From: an uncultured Candidatus Rokubacteria bacterium
GTDB taxonomy: Bacteria > Methylomirabilota > Methylomirabilia > Rokubacteriales > CSP1-6
Direction: 5' to 3'
NCBI GenBank assembly: GCA_963747235.1
Contig: CAVVEU010000008.1
Location: 64,001-128,000 of the forward strand
Length of the DNA stretch: 64,000 nt
Position 1 is the stretch's first letter; every line of letters starts with the position of its first letter. Shown here piece by piece: positions 40,375 to 49,477 of the stretch. Made by a program: the position numbers and the translations under genes. The notes below the pieces were generated by a model. It was not told the DNA's origin. It searched no databases and saw nothing but the letters and a program-made list of their open reading frames with translations.

Positions 40375-40817
40375 GCCCGGCGCGGACGCTCGTCTCGCGG
40401 AGCCCCGAGGAGACCCAGGCCATCGGCGAGCGGCTCGGCGCGCGGCTCACCCCGGGCGCGGTGGTCGCGTGCACCGGCGAGCTGGGGGCGGGGAAGACCT
40501 GCTTTCTCCAGGGGCTCGCGCGCGGGCTCGGCGTCGCCACCGACGTGACGAGCCCGACCTTCGTCCTGATCAACCAGTACCGCGGCCGCCTGCCGGTCTA
40601 CCACCTCGACGCCTACCGCACCGGCAGCCTCACCGAGCTGGTGGACCTGGGGCTCGAGGAGATGCTGCACGGCGACGGGGTGACCGTGGTGGAGTGGGCC
40701 GACAAGCTGCTGCCGCTCCTGCCCGCGGCGCGCACGATCCACGTGCACCTGAGCGGCCTCGGCGACGAGCCGCGCGAGATCCAGATCGAGGAGCCCGTAT
40801 CCGATCCGGCGCATTGA
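40371..40817 (+). CDS. tsaE: tRNA threonylcarbamoyladenosine biosynthesis ATPase
   Basis: GELGAGKT, SPTF, HLDAYR, EWA. Confidence 0.96.
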   Translation: MSPARTLVSRSPEETQAIGERLGARLTPGAVVACTGELGAGKTCFLQGLARGLGVATDVTSPTFVLINQYRGRLPVYHLDAYRTGSLTELVDLGLEEMLHGDGVTVVEWADKLLPLLPAARTIHVHLSGLGDEPREIQIEEPVSDPAH

Positions 40818-40849
40818 CCGGTCCCGCGCCTGCGTGCTACGCGAGGACC

Positions 40850-41557
40850 ATGGGCGCCACCGGCAACGGGATCGGGCAGTGGCCGGTGGAGGATCGGCCG
40901 CGCGAGCGCCTGTATCACAAGGGGGCCGATTCGCTGGCCGACGCGGAGCTGCTGGCCATCCAGCTCGGCAGCGGGCTGGCGGGGTGCAGCGCGATGGACA
41001 TGGCGCGCGATCTGCTGAGCCGCTACGGGTCGCTGTCGGGGCTGGCCGGCTGTGGCGTGGCCGAGCTCGGCGCCATCCGTGGGGTGGGGCCGGTGAAGGC
41101 GGTGCGGCTCGTCGCGGCCTTCGAGATCACGCGGCGCTTGCGGTCGCGGAACGGCCACGGCCGCGTGGTGCTGGGCAGCCCGGAGCAGGTCTTCGCCCGC
41201 TACGGGCCGCTGATGGAGGATCTCAAGAAGGAAGTGTTCCGTGTGGCCCTGCTGGACGCCCAGAACGGCCTGCTGCGCGACGTGGTGGTCTCGGAGGGCA
41301 CGCTCTCGGCCAGCCTGGTGCACCCACGCGAGGTCTTCAAGCCGGCCATCCTGGAGTCGGCCGCGTCGCTCATCCTCCTGCACAACCATCCGAGCGGCGA
41401 TCCGACGCCCAGCCGGGAGGATCTGCGGCTCACCCGGCAGCTCGTGGAGTGCGCCGAGCTGCTCGACATGCGCATCCACGACCATGTCATCATAGGCCGG
41501 GAGCGGTTCATCAGCCTGGCCCAGCGGGGGGCCTTGGCGAAAGGGGCGGACCTATGA
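40850..41557 (+). CDS. radC: RadC (JAB domain) family protein
   Basis: RPRERL, HhH GVGPVKA, VHPREVF, HNHPSGD.TPS.ED, DHVIIG. Confidence 0.95.
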   Translation: MGATGNGIGQWPVEDRPRERLYHKGADSLADAELLAIQLGSGLAGCSAMDMARDLLSRYGSLSGLAGCGVAELGAIRGVGPVKAVRLVAAFEITRRLRSRNGHGRVVLGSPEQVFARYGPLMEDLKKEVFRVALLDAQNGLLRDVVVSEGTLSASLVHPREVFKPAILESAASLILLHNHPSGDPTPSREDLRLTRQLVECAELLDMRIHDHVIIGRERFISLAQRGALAKGADL

Positions 41558-41997
41558 AGATCCAGGGCGTGGGGCACGTGGTGCTGAAGGTGCGGGATCT
41601 CGATCGCTCGGCCCGGTTCTACACCGGCGTGCTCGGGCTCAAGGAAGTGGCGCGCTTCCCGGGTCGGATGGTCTTCTTCTCGGCCGGGACCAACCACCAC
41701 GACCTGGCCGTGATGGCGGTCGGCGCGGACGCCCCGAGCCCGCCGGAGCAGGCGGTGGGGCTGGCGCACGTGGCGCTCAAGATCGGCGATTCGCTGGAAA
41801 CGCTGCGGGAGGCCCAGGCCATGCTGGAGGCCAACCAGGTGACGATTCGCGGCCTCCGGGATCATCACGTCAGTCAGTCCATCTACCTCGAGGACCCCGA
41901 CGGCAATACGATCGAGCTCTTCGTGGATGCCGACCCCGCCATCTGGTCCGAGGACCCGACGACGGTGGCCACCTCGAAGCCCTTAACCCTTCGCTAG
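41554..41997 (+). CDS. VOC/glyoxalase family protein
   Basis: GHVVLKVRDL, HHDLAV, GLAHVA, SIYLEDPDGNTIEL. Confidence 0.9.
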   Translation: MKIQGVGHVVLKVRDLDRSARFYTGVLGLKEVARFPGRMVFFSAGTNHHDLAVMAVGADAPSPPEQAVGLAHVALKIGDSLETLREAQAMLEANQVTIRGLRDHHVSQSIYLEDPDGNTIELFVDADPAIWSEDPTTVATSKPLTLR

Positions 41998-42225
41998 CTT
42001 CTCGACCTCTTTCTTCGAGAGGCTCTGGATGCGGGTGAGGAGGCCCTTCACCTTCCGCTCCGAGGCGTGATCGGCCAGGATCAGCTTCTTCGACTTCGTG
42101 CCCGTCACGATGTACGCCACCCAGTCGTCGAGGTTCGGCGTGCCACGCCACGCCACCGTGAGCCCGCTGAGCCGCATCCGCTTCCTGCCCTCGACCTTCG
42201 CCAGTGGCTTCCGGCTGGCCTCCAT
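41983..42225 (-). CDS. Small basic hypothetical protein (80 aa)
   Basis: AGGAG RBS, GC3-rich codons, Lys/Arg-rich, own promoter. Confidence 0.75.
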   Translation of the reverse strand: MEASRKPLAKVEGRKRMRLSGLTVAWRGTPNLDDWVAYIVTGTKSKKLILADHASERKVKGLLTRIQSLSKKEVEKLAKG

Positions 42226-42275
42226 ACGTGATGTTCTCCTTCTGAAAATGTGCACGGGGCGATGAGCGCCCGATC

Positions 42276-42304
42276 ACCTTATGAACCGGTCTCAGCCCTG
42301 TCAA
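42276..42304 (-). promoter_or_regulatory. Sigma70 promoter TTGACA-N17-TAAGGT
   Basis: Perfect -35 with 17-bp spacer about 50 bp upstream of the 42225 start. Confidence 0.6.
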
Positions 42305-42466
42305 GGCTTCGTTTCGCCGCGACTCATGCGTGATTCGGTGCCGGGGGGGCCCCCAGCCTGCGTGAATGTTGTGTTCGGTGATGGGTCTCGTGGCGGTGGA
42401 CGATCAGAGCGTCACTTTTTCGTGCCCCCCCTCTGAAACCGCGTCAGAGCGTGCGTTTTCCGCGAT

Positions 42467-42504
42467 TGTGGATCACTGTGGATAAGTGGATAACCTGTGG
42501 GTTA
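42467..42504 (-). promoter_or_regulatory. Cluster of four co-oriented DnaA boxes
   Basis: TGTGGATCA 42467-75, TGTGGATAA 42477-85 (perfect), AGTGGATAA 42485-93, TGTGGGTTA 42496-504. Confidence 0.75.
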
Positions 42505-43509
42505 TTTTCCGGCGGGTTGCAGCGCATCCAGGATGCGGCGCGCCAGCAGCGGGCCCCGGGTGATGAATCCGGTGAAGATCCCGCACGCGGTCGCGCCCGC
42601 CGCGAGAGCCTCGCGCGTGCGCTCGGGGCTGTCGATGCCCCCGGTGGCGATGACCTCGAGGCGGTCGCCGAATCGCTCGCGCACCCGGCGCACGTTCTCG
42701 AGCGTGGTGGCGAACAGGGCGGGGCCGGAGAGGCCGCCCGAGCGCTGCGACAGCCGCGGCTCGTCCACGCGGCGGGTATTGCCGTAGTTGACGATGGTGA
42801 TGCCGGCGTCGAGCGCGGCCGGGATCGTGATCTCCTCGTTGGTCTCCCGGAAATCCGGCGAGATCTTGACGATGACCGGCTTGCGGGTGGCCCCCCGCAC
42901 GGCCCGGAAGACGTCCTTCAGCTCGTGCGGCCGCGTGGACCAGCCGTAGACCAGCTTGGTGTTGGGTGAGGAGATGTTGATCTCGACGAGGTCCCCGAAC
43001 TCCTGCAGGCCCTCCACCACGCGAACGTAGTCCTCGGCCGACTCGCCCGCCGCCGCCACGATGAGCGGGACGCGGTGCGGCAGCCGGGCCAGCGCCTGCC
43101 GGTAGGCCTCGAGGCCGGGATTCTTGAAGCCGTTGCAGTTGACGAGCCCGGGGCCCTCCGCGGTCTCGATGCGCACCAGGTTCGGCTCGGGATGCCCGGG
43201 GCGCGGCCCCGGCGTGATGCTCTTCGCGGTCACCGCGCCCCAGCCCAGGCCCATGGCGCGGCGCAGGATCGCGGTGTCGTAGTACATGGACGAGAGGATC
43301 AGCGGATTCGGCAGCGTCACCCCGCCCAGCGTGATCGCGAGGCGCGGGTCCGCGTTGCGGAAGACGCCGAGGCGATCGAGGGGAAGGTGCCGGAGGCCCC
43401 ACTGGCCGATCGCGATCGCGGCGCGCTCCGGCATGCGGGCCAGCACGCCGTGATAGAGCGCGCGGTAGAGCAGATCGACGGCGCCGACCATGTTCGTGAT
43501 GGCGCGCAT
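42502..43509 (-). CDS. pyrD: Dihydroorotate dehydrogenase, class 2-like
   Basis: SITP.PR.GHPEP, NCNGFKNPG, INISSPNT, VKISPD, GGLSG, IATGGI. Confidence 0.82.
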   Translation of the reverse strand: MRAITNMVGAVDLLYRALYHGVLARMPERAAIAIGQWGLRHLPLDRLGVFRNADPRLAITLGGVTLPNPLILSSMYYDTAILRRAMGLGWGAVTAKSITPGPRPGHPEPNLVRIETAEGPGLVNCNGFKNPGLEAYRQALARLPHRVPLIVAAAGESAEDYVRVVEGLQEFGDLVEINISSPNTKLVYGWSTRPHELKDVFRAVRGATRKPVIVKISPDFRETNEEITIPAALDAGITIVNYGNTRRVDEPRLSQRSGGLSGPALFATTLENVRRVRERFGDRLEVIATGGIDSPERTREALAAGATACGIFTGFITRGPLLARRILDALQPAGK

Positions 43510-43523
43510 GATATCCTACCAGC

Positions 43524-43706
43524 ATGCCGCAAGACAGCACGCGCCGACTGCTGCGAGAGTTCGGGATCGCGGTCACCGCCTTCGAGGACGCCGTCGAGGC
43601 CGGGCAGGGTGAGGCCGCGAAGAAGGCCGAGGCCGCGCTGCGCGAGCACCTGAAGGGGTTGATCGAGCTCGTCGAGCGCCTGTCCGAGCAGGCCGCCAAG
43701 CTGTAG
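43524..43706 (+). CDS. Small helical hypothetical protein (60 aa)
   Basis: Clean ORF with typical codon bias, helical-hairpin character, upstream of the SBP gene. Confidence 0.6.
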   Translation: MPQDSTRRLLREFGIAVTAFEDAVEAGQGEAAKKAEAALREHLKGLIELVERLSEQAAKL

Positions 43707-43715
43707 CCCGCGCCG

Positions 43716-44478
43716 GTGCCGGCCCGGCGTATCGTCTCGCTCATCCCCAGCATCACCGAGATCCTCTTCGCCATCGGCGCGGGCGATCGCGTGGTGGGCT
43801 GCACGATCTACTGCACGCAGCCGCCCGAGGGCGTCGCGGACCAAGACCCGGATCGGCGGCGAGAAGAATCCCAAGCTCGAGCTGATCCGGGAGCTCGGCG
43901 CCGACCTGGTCATCGCCAATGTCGAGGAGAACGTGCGCGCGCACGTGGAGACGCTCCAGGCCTGGGGCATCCCCGTCCACGTCACCTATCCCCGGACGGT
44001 CGCCGACGGCATCCGGCTGGTGGGCGAGCTGGGCGAGCTGCTCGAGGCGGGGGCGCCCGCGCGCGAGCTCGAGGCGACCCTGCGGGCGCGCTACGATGAG
44101 GTGCGGGCGGCCGCCACGGGGCGGAGGCCGCGACGCGTGTTCTGCCCGATCTGGCGGAAGCCCTACATGACCATCAACGCCGACACCTACATCCACGACA
44201 TGCTGGCGGTCTCCGGCGGGAGCAATGTCTTCGGCGGCGCCGGGAAGCGCTATCCGGAGGTCACGCTGGACGAGGTCGCGGCCTCGGACGCGGAGGTGAT
44301 CCTGCTCCCGGACGAGCCCTACCGATTCCGCCACGTCCACGAGGCCGACTTCGCCCCGTATCCCGACCTGCCCGCGGTCCGCGACGGGCGCCTGCACCTC
44401 GTGGACGGCAAGCTCCTGTCCTGGTACGGCCCGCGGATCGCGGAGGCGCTGCGGGTGCTCCCGCCGCTGCTGGCCTAG
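43716..44478 (+). CDS. Helical-backbone metal receptor / BtuF-like protein (frameshift near 43838)
   Basis: RIVSLIPSITE, IGGEKNP, IANVEEN, IWRKPYMT, RYP, EPYRF, SWYG. Confidence 0.85.
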
Positions 44479-45020
44479 CGGCGGCGCTTCGCGGTCTTCT
44501 TCGCCTTCGCCGGCCGCGCGGCGCGCGCCGACTTCTTCGGAGCCGCGCCGGCCGCAGGGGCGTTGAGCTCGAGGATCATCTCGATCTCGACCGGGATGCC
44601 CGCGGGGAGCGAGCCCATGCCGACCGCGGAGCGCGCGTGCCGGCCGTTCTCGCCGAATACCTCCACCATCAGGTCGGAGAAGCCGTTGATGACCTTGGGC
44701 TGGTCGCCGAAGCTCTCGACCGCGTTCACCATGCCCAGGACCTTCACGACGCGCTTCACCTTGTCGAGGCTGCCCAGCGCGGTGCGGGCGGAGCCCAGCA
44801 GGTTGATGCCGACCTCGCGGGCCACCTTGTAGGCGTCCTCGGTGGACATGTCGCGGCCGACCTTGCCGCGGGTGAGCGGCTGCTCGCCGACGCGAATCGG
44901 TCCGTGGCCCGACAGGAAGAGCAGATTGCCGACGCGCACGGCGGGGATGTAGTTGCCCATCGGCTTCGGGGGGTTGGGGAGCGTGATGCCGAGCTCCTTG
45001 ATCCTGGCTTCTGCGCCCAT
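44475..45020 (-). CDS. RidA family protein with basic C-terminal tail
   Basis: NY.P, FLSGHGP, NGFSDL..VFG..GRHARSAVG..LP..VEIE. Confidence 0.9.
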   Translation of the reverse strand: MGAEARIKELGITLPNPPKPMGNYIPAVRVGNLLFLSGHGPIRVGEQPLTRGKVGRDMSTEDAYKVAREVGINLLGSARTALGSLDKVKRVVKVLGMVNAVESFGDQPKVINGFSDLMVEVFGENGRHARSAVGMGSLPAGIPVEIEMILELNAPAAGAAPKKSARAARPAKAKKTAKRRR

Positions 45021-45051
45021 GCGGGTCTCCTCTGAGGGGGGCGGAGTGCGG

Positions 45052-45324
45052 CTATGCGGCGACGTGCGACGATCCGACGAAGAAGAACGCGGAGCCGTCA
45101 TCGTCGGCGCGCCAGACGATGGCCTCGACGTCGACCGGCGACGCGTCGGGCGGCTCGAGACGGAGATGCGCGGAGGTCCCGACCGGGGGAAGCGCCGCGT
45201 CCAGCCCGACCTTGACGCCGTGGGCACTCAGGTTCACGGTCTGGAGCCGCAGGGTCTGGTCCCCGATTCGGACCGTGACCGGCCACGTTGCCGCCACGCG
45301 CGTGTACCGCCTATGTTCCTGCAC
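45052..45324 (-). CDS. Stand-alone PilZ domain protein
   Basis: RRYTR (RxxxR) and NLSAHG (D/NxSxxG) c-di-GMP-binding motifs. Confidence 0.78.
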   Translation of the reverse strand: MQEHRRYTRVAATWPVTVRIGDQTLRLQTVNLSAHGVKVGLDAALPPVGTSAHLRLEPPDASPVDVEAIVWRADDDGSAFFFVGSSHVAA

Positions 45325-45399
45325 GGTGAGGAGTTTCGCACCGCGGCTGGGGCTCCACAAGGCCTTTTTCCGGCGGCCCCGCCCGTGTCAGAATGCGCC

Positions 45400-46197
45400 A
45401 TGAGCCCGCCCGCGATTCCCGCGCCCGCCGCCACCCTGGTCCTGCTGCGTGACCGGCCCGCCGGTCCGGCCGAGATCCTGATGATCCAGCGCCACAGCAA
45501 GAGCAAGTTCGCGGCGGGGGACTACGTGTTCGCGGGCGGCAAGGTCGAGGCCGACGACATCCCCGACGACGTCGAGCGCTTCGTCCGCGGGCTCAGCCCG
45601 GAGGAGGCGAGCGCCCGGCTGGGGGGCGACCTGGCGCCCCTGAAGGCGCTCGCCTACTGGGTGGGCGCCATCCGCGAGGCCTTCGAGGAAGTGGGCATGC
45701 TGCTGGCCTACGACCGGCAGGGGGAGCTGGTGCGCTTCACGCCGGAGAACCGCGAGCGCTTCGAGGCGTACCGCGCGGCCTGCCAGTCCGCGAACCCGGC
45801 GTTCTTCACGATGCTGCGCGCGGAGGATCTCACGCTCGCCACCGACCGGCTGACCTACTTCGCGCACTGGATCACCCCCGAGGAGCAGCCGCTCCGCTTC
45901 GACACGCGCTTCTTCGCCGCGGTGGCCCCGGCCCAGGACCCGGTGGTGGACGGGCACGAGATCGTGGCGTTGCGCTGGCTGACGCCGCCCGAAGCGATGG
46001 ACGCCGCCAGGCGTAAGGACATCACGCTGCGCCTGCCCACCATCAAGAATCTCGAGCTCGTGCAGAGCGGCGGCACGCGCGCGGACGAGATCCTGGGCTC
46101 GCTGCGCGGCCGCGCGGTGCCCACCATCCGCCCGCGCGTGCTGCAGGTGGACGGCAAGCCGGTGCCGGTGCTTCCCGGCGACCCCCGCTGGTACTAG
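45400..46197 (+). CDS. NUDIX hydrolase (Nudt19/CoA-pyrophosphatase-like)
   Basis: AATLVLLRD, VFAGGKV, AIREAFEEVG, HWITP..RFDTRFF. Confidence 0.88.
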   Translation: MSPPAIPAPAATLVLLRDRPAGPAEILMIQRHSKSKFAAGDYVFAGGKVEADDIPDDVERFVRGLSPEEASARLGGDLAPLKALAYWVGAIREAFEEVGMLLAYDRQGELVRFTPENRERFEAYRAACQSANPAFFTMLRAEDLTLATDRLTYFAHWITPEEQPLRFDTRFFAAVAPAQDPVVDGHEIVALRWLTPPEAMDAARRKDITLRLPTIKNLELVQSGGTRADEILGSLRGRAVPTIRPRVLQVDGKPVPVLPGDPRWY

Positions 46198-46257
46198 GCC
46201 GAGCCCGGCGGGCCCTGCTATACTCGCGCTCCATCACCGCTCGAGGAGGCCGTTCCG

Positions 46258-47254
46258 ATGCGACTCGACCAGCTGACCGTGCAGGTCGCCCCCGAGGACG
46301 TCGAGCTCAAGAAGTCCTGGACGCGCGAGAGCATTGCCCCCGAAGGATGGCTGATCCCGCTGCCCGCCGACTGCGTGGCCGAGCTCGACGAGGTCGCCGC
46401 CGCGGTGCGGGCCACGCCCCGCCCGGTGGACACGCTGGACCCCGCGGACTTCTCCCTCCGCGCCTGCACCGCGGTCATGGCCGTCGGTGCGGGCCAAGCT
46501 CGAGACCGATACCGGCCTCGCGGTGGTGGATCGGTTCCCGGTCGAGCGCTATAGCCACGCGGAGAACCTGGCCATCGGCTGGCTGCTGGCCGCGATGCTG
46601 GGGCAGGTGGTCGCGCAGAAGGCGAACGGCACGCGCCTCTACGACGTCAAGGACTCCGGCCAGGCGCTGGGTTACGGGGTGCGCCGCTCGGTGACCAACC
46701 TGGGCCAGCCCTTCCACACCGACGGCGGCTGGCTCTGGAAGGCGCCCGCCTTCGTGGGCCTCTTCTGCCTCGAGTCGGCGATGGAAGGCGGCCTGAGCCG
46801 CTTCGCCAGCCTCGTCACCGCCCATCACGAGCTGCGCCGCCGGCGGCCCGAGCTGCTCGCGCGCCTCTACCAGCCGTTTCACTGGGATCGGCAGGGCGAG
46901 CACGCGCCGGACGCGCCGCGCGTGAGTCGCCAGCCGGTCTTCGAGTTCGAGGGCGGCACGCTGGCTTCCCGCTACTACGAGGACTACGTGCGCAACGGCT
47001 CGAAGCTGGCGGGCGAGGAGCTCGACGACGAGGGCGCCCAGGCGCTCGAGGCGATGCGGGAGATCGTGGACGATCCGGCCAACTGGGTCGAGTTCCGCAT
47101 CGAGAAGGGCCAGCTCCAGTACCTGAACAACCGCCAGTTCGCGCACAGCCGGACCGCCTTCATGGACGCGGGTCCGGGGCAGGGACGTCACATGCTCCGT
47201 CTCTGGAATCGCGACGAGGGCACCTGGCATCTCGAGGGTCGCCCCGCCGCCTGA
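46258..47254 (+). CDS. TauD/TfdA family 2-oxoglutarate/Fe(II) dioxygenase (frameshift near 46485)
   Basis: FHTD, LFCL..A..GG, NN....HSRT, RHMLRLW. Confidence 0.87.
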
Positions 47255-47269
47255 GCGTCGTCTCGTCCG

Positions 47270-47992
47270 GTGACCCTCGAGACCGCGGTCTTCTCCGGGC
47301 TGGTGGTGCTCCTCGCGTACTGGGTTCGGGGCATGGCGGGCTTCGGCTCCGGGCTGATCGCGGTGCCCCTGCTGACGCTCATGTGGCCGGTCACGCTCGT
47401 GGTGCCGGTGGTGGTGGCGCTCGACTATCTCGGCTCGGCCAGCCAGGGCATCAGGAACGTGGACCAGGTGGCCTGGACGGAGCAGCTCGTGCTCATCCCG
47501 TTCATGGTGATCGGGGTCGCGGTGGGGCTCTGGCTGCTCTACACGGTCTCGACATCGCTGCTCGCCAGGATCCTCGGCGGCTTCGTCATCGCCTACGCCA
47601 TCTACCAGATGCTGCCGCTGCCCGAGCTGCGCGGCTCCCGCGTGGCCGCGAGCTACTGCGGCCTCCTCGGCGGTCTGGTCGGGACGCTGTTCGGGACGGG
47701 CGGGCCCTTCTACGTGATCTACCTCAACCTGCGCGGGCTCGACCGGAGCGTGTTCCGGGCCACCTTCGCGATGAACTTCCTGATCGACGGCGGCGTGCGG
47801 CTGGCCGCGTTCGTGGCCGCCGGCCTCTACCACCGCCAGACGCTCGGCTACCTGCTGGCCGCGGTCCCCATCGCGGGGGCCGGGCTCTACGTCGGCGGGC
47901 GCATCCAGACCGGGCTCTCGCCGCGCGTCTTCCAGCTCGTGATCCGCATCCTGCTCCTGACCAGCGGCCTGGCCCTGCTCCTCAAGCGATAG
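47270..47992 (+). CDS. TauE/SafE family sulfite exporter
   Basis: GMAGFGSGL..VP, GLVGTLFGTGGP, FRAT. Confidence 0.88.
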   Translation: MTLETAVFSGLVVLLAYWVRGMAGFGSGLIAVPLLTLMWPVTLVVPVVVALDYLGSASQGIRNVDQVAWTEQLVLIPFMVIGVAVGLWLLYTVSTSLLARILGGFVIAYAIYQMLPLPELRGSRVAASYCGLLGGLVGTLFGTGGPFYVIYLNLRGLDRSVFRATFAMNFLIDGGVRLAAFVAAGLYHRQTLGYLLAAVPIAGAGLYVGGRIQTGLSPRVFQLVIRILLLTSGLALLLKR

Positions 47993-48000
47993 GAGACGAG

Positions 48001-48961
48001 ATGAGACGCCTCGCGTTCCCCGTGCTCGTGACCCTGGTCCTGGGCTTGCTGGCCGCGCCCGCCGTGGCGCAGGAGAAGTATCCCGTCGCGTCCGATCGAC
48101 TTCGTGGTCACCTGGGGCGCGGGCGGCGGCGCCGACGCGATGGCGCGCCAGCTCGGCGCCCTCAGCCAGCCGCTGCTCGGGGTGGCGCTGCCCGCCTCCA
48201 ACGTGCCGGGCGCCTCCGGCAATACCGGGCTCGCGCAGATCCTGTCCGGCAAGCCCGACGGCTACACGCTCGCGACCTACATCCAGGACACGCTGATGAC
48301 GCTGCCCATGGGCCTGGCGCGCTACAAGGTGGACGACCTCGAGTGGATCACGCGCACCCAGGTGGCCGACTCCTTCCTGTTCGTGCGCGCCGACGGCCCG
48401 TTCAAGACGATCCAGGAGCTGTTCAAGCACGCGGAGGCCAATCCGGGCAAGCTCCGCGTGGGCGCCACCGGCTTCGGCACGGTGGACGACGTGACCGTGA
48501 AGTTCCTCGGCAAGCGCGGCTATCAGATGGTCACGGTGCCGTATCCCAAGCCGGGCGAGCGGTACGCGGCGGCGCTCGGCGGGCACACCGAGGTGCTCTA
48601 CGAGCAGGCCGGCGACGTGCTGCAGTACCTGAAGGCGGGGCAGCTCCGCCCGCTGATCATCTTCGCGGAGCGGCGCCATCCCGCCTTCCCGGACGTGCCC
48701 GCCTCGAAGGAGCTGGGCCTCGACATCACGCTGCCCCAGTTCCGCGGCGTGGTCGCGAAGAAGGGCACGCCGCCCGAGCGCGTCAAGGTCCTGGCCGACG
48801 CGTTCCACAAGGCGATGGAGACGCCCGAGTGGAAGAAGTTCGCCGAGGAGTGGTACTTCCGCCCCGACTCCTACCAGGGCACCGCGGACTTCACGAAGTG
48901 GGTGGGCGGCGAGGTGACCACGCTGGAGCGCCTGGTCAAGGAGTTCGGCCTGCGGCAGTAG
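48001..48961 (+). CDS. tctC: Tripartite tricarboxylate transporter substrate-binding protein (frameshift near 48088)
   Basis: Signal peptide, WGAGGGAD..AR, NVPGASG, PDGYTL, PDVP..E.G. Confidence 0.9.
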
Positions 48962-48962
48962 C

Positions 48963-49470
48963 ATGGCGTCGCGCGCGCGCGTCGCCGCCCTGCTGGCGGG
49001 CGTGCTGGGCTCGGGGCTGCTCTTCGCGTCCACCTGGCCGCTCGACGCCATGGTGCCGCGCGGCCAGCTCGGCCCCGGCTTCTGGCCGCGGCTCGTCCTG
49101 ATCGGCCTCGCGGTGGCCTGCCTGCTGAAGCTGCGCGAGGAGCGCCGCGCCGGGCCGGGCGTCGCGGCGGCGTCGGGGATGCTGCCGCGCGTGTCCGCCG
49201 CCCGGCTCGCCCTCGGCATGGCCTGCATCCTCGGCTACGTGATCGCGGCCCCGCGCCTCGGCTTCGCGCTGGCCACCGCCGCCTTCATCGCGGCCTTCAT
49301 GGTGGTGGCGGGCGCCCGGCGTGTGCCGGGGATCGCGGCCACCGCGCTGGCTCGGCACGGTGATCCTGCTCTACACGTTCATCAAGCTCGTGTACCTGCC
49401 GTTTCCGAAGGGCGACGGCCCCTTCGAGCGCGTCACCCTGGCCCTCTACCGCGCCCTCGGCATCTTCTGA
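48963..49470 (+). CDS. tctB: Tripartite tricarboxylate transporter small subunit (frameshift near 49352)
   Basis: LGPGFWP, four TMs, LPFPKG. Confidence 0.82.
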
Positions 49471-49477
49471 TCCCCGC

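Noticed and set aside
40850-41557. radC as a marker of a mobile element
   Set aside because: Full-length HhH-containing chromosomal type in a housekeeping cluster, with no integrase, att sites or compositional shift.
42305-42504. Firm annotation as oriC
   Set aside because: No initiator genes, clear unwinding element or skew data; kept only as a DnaA-box cluster.
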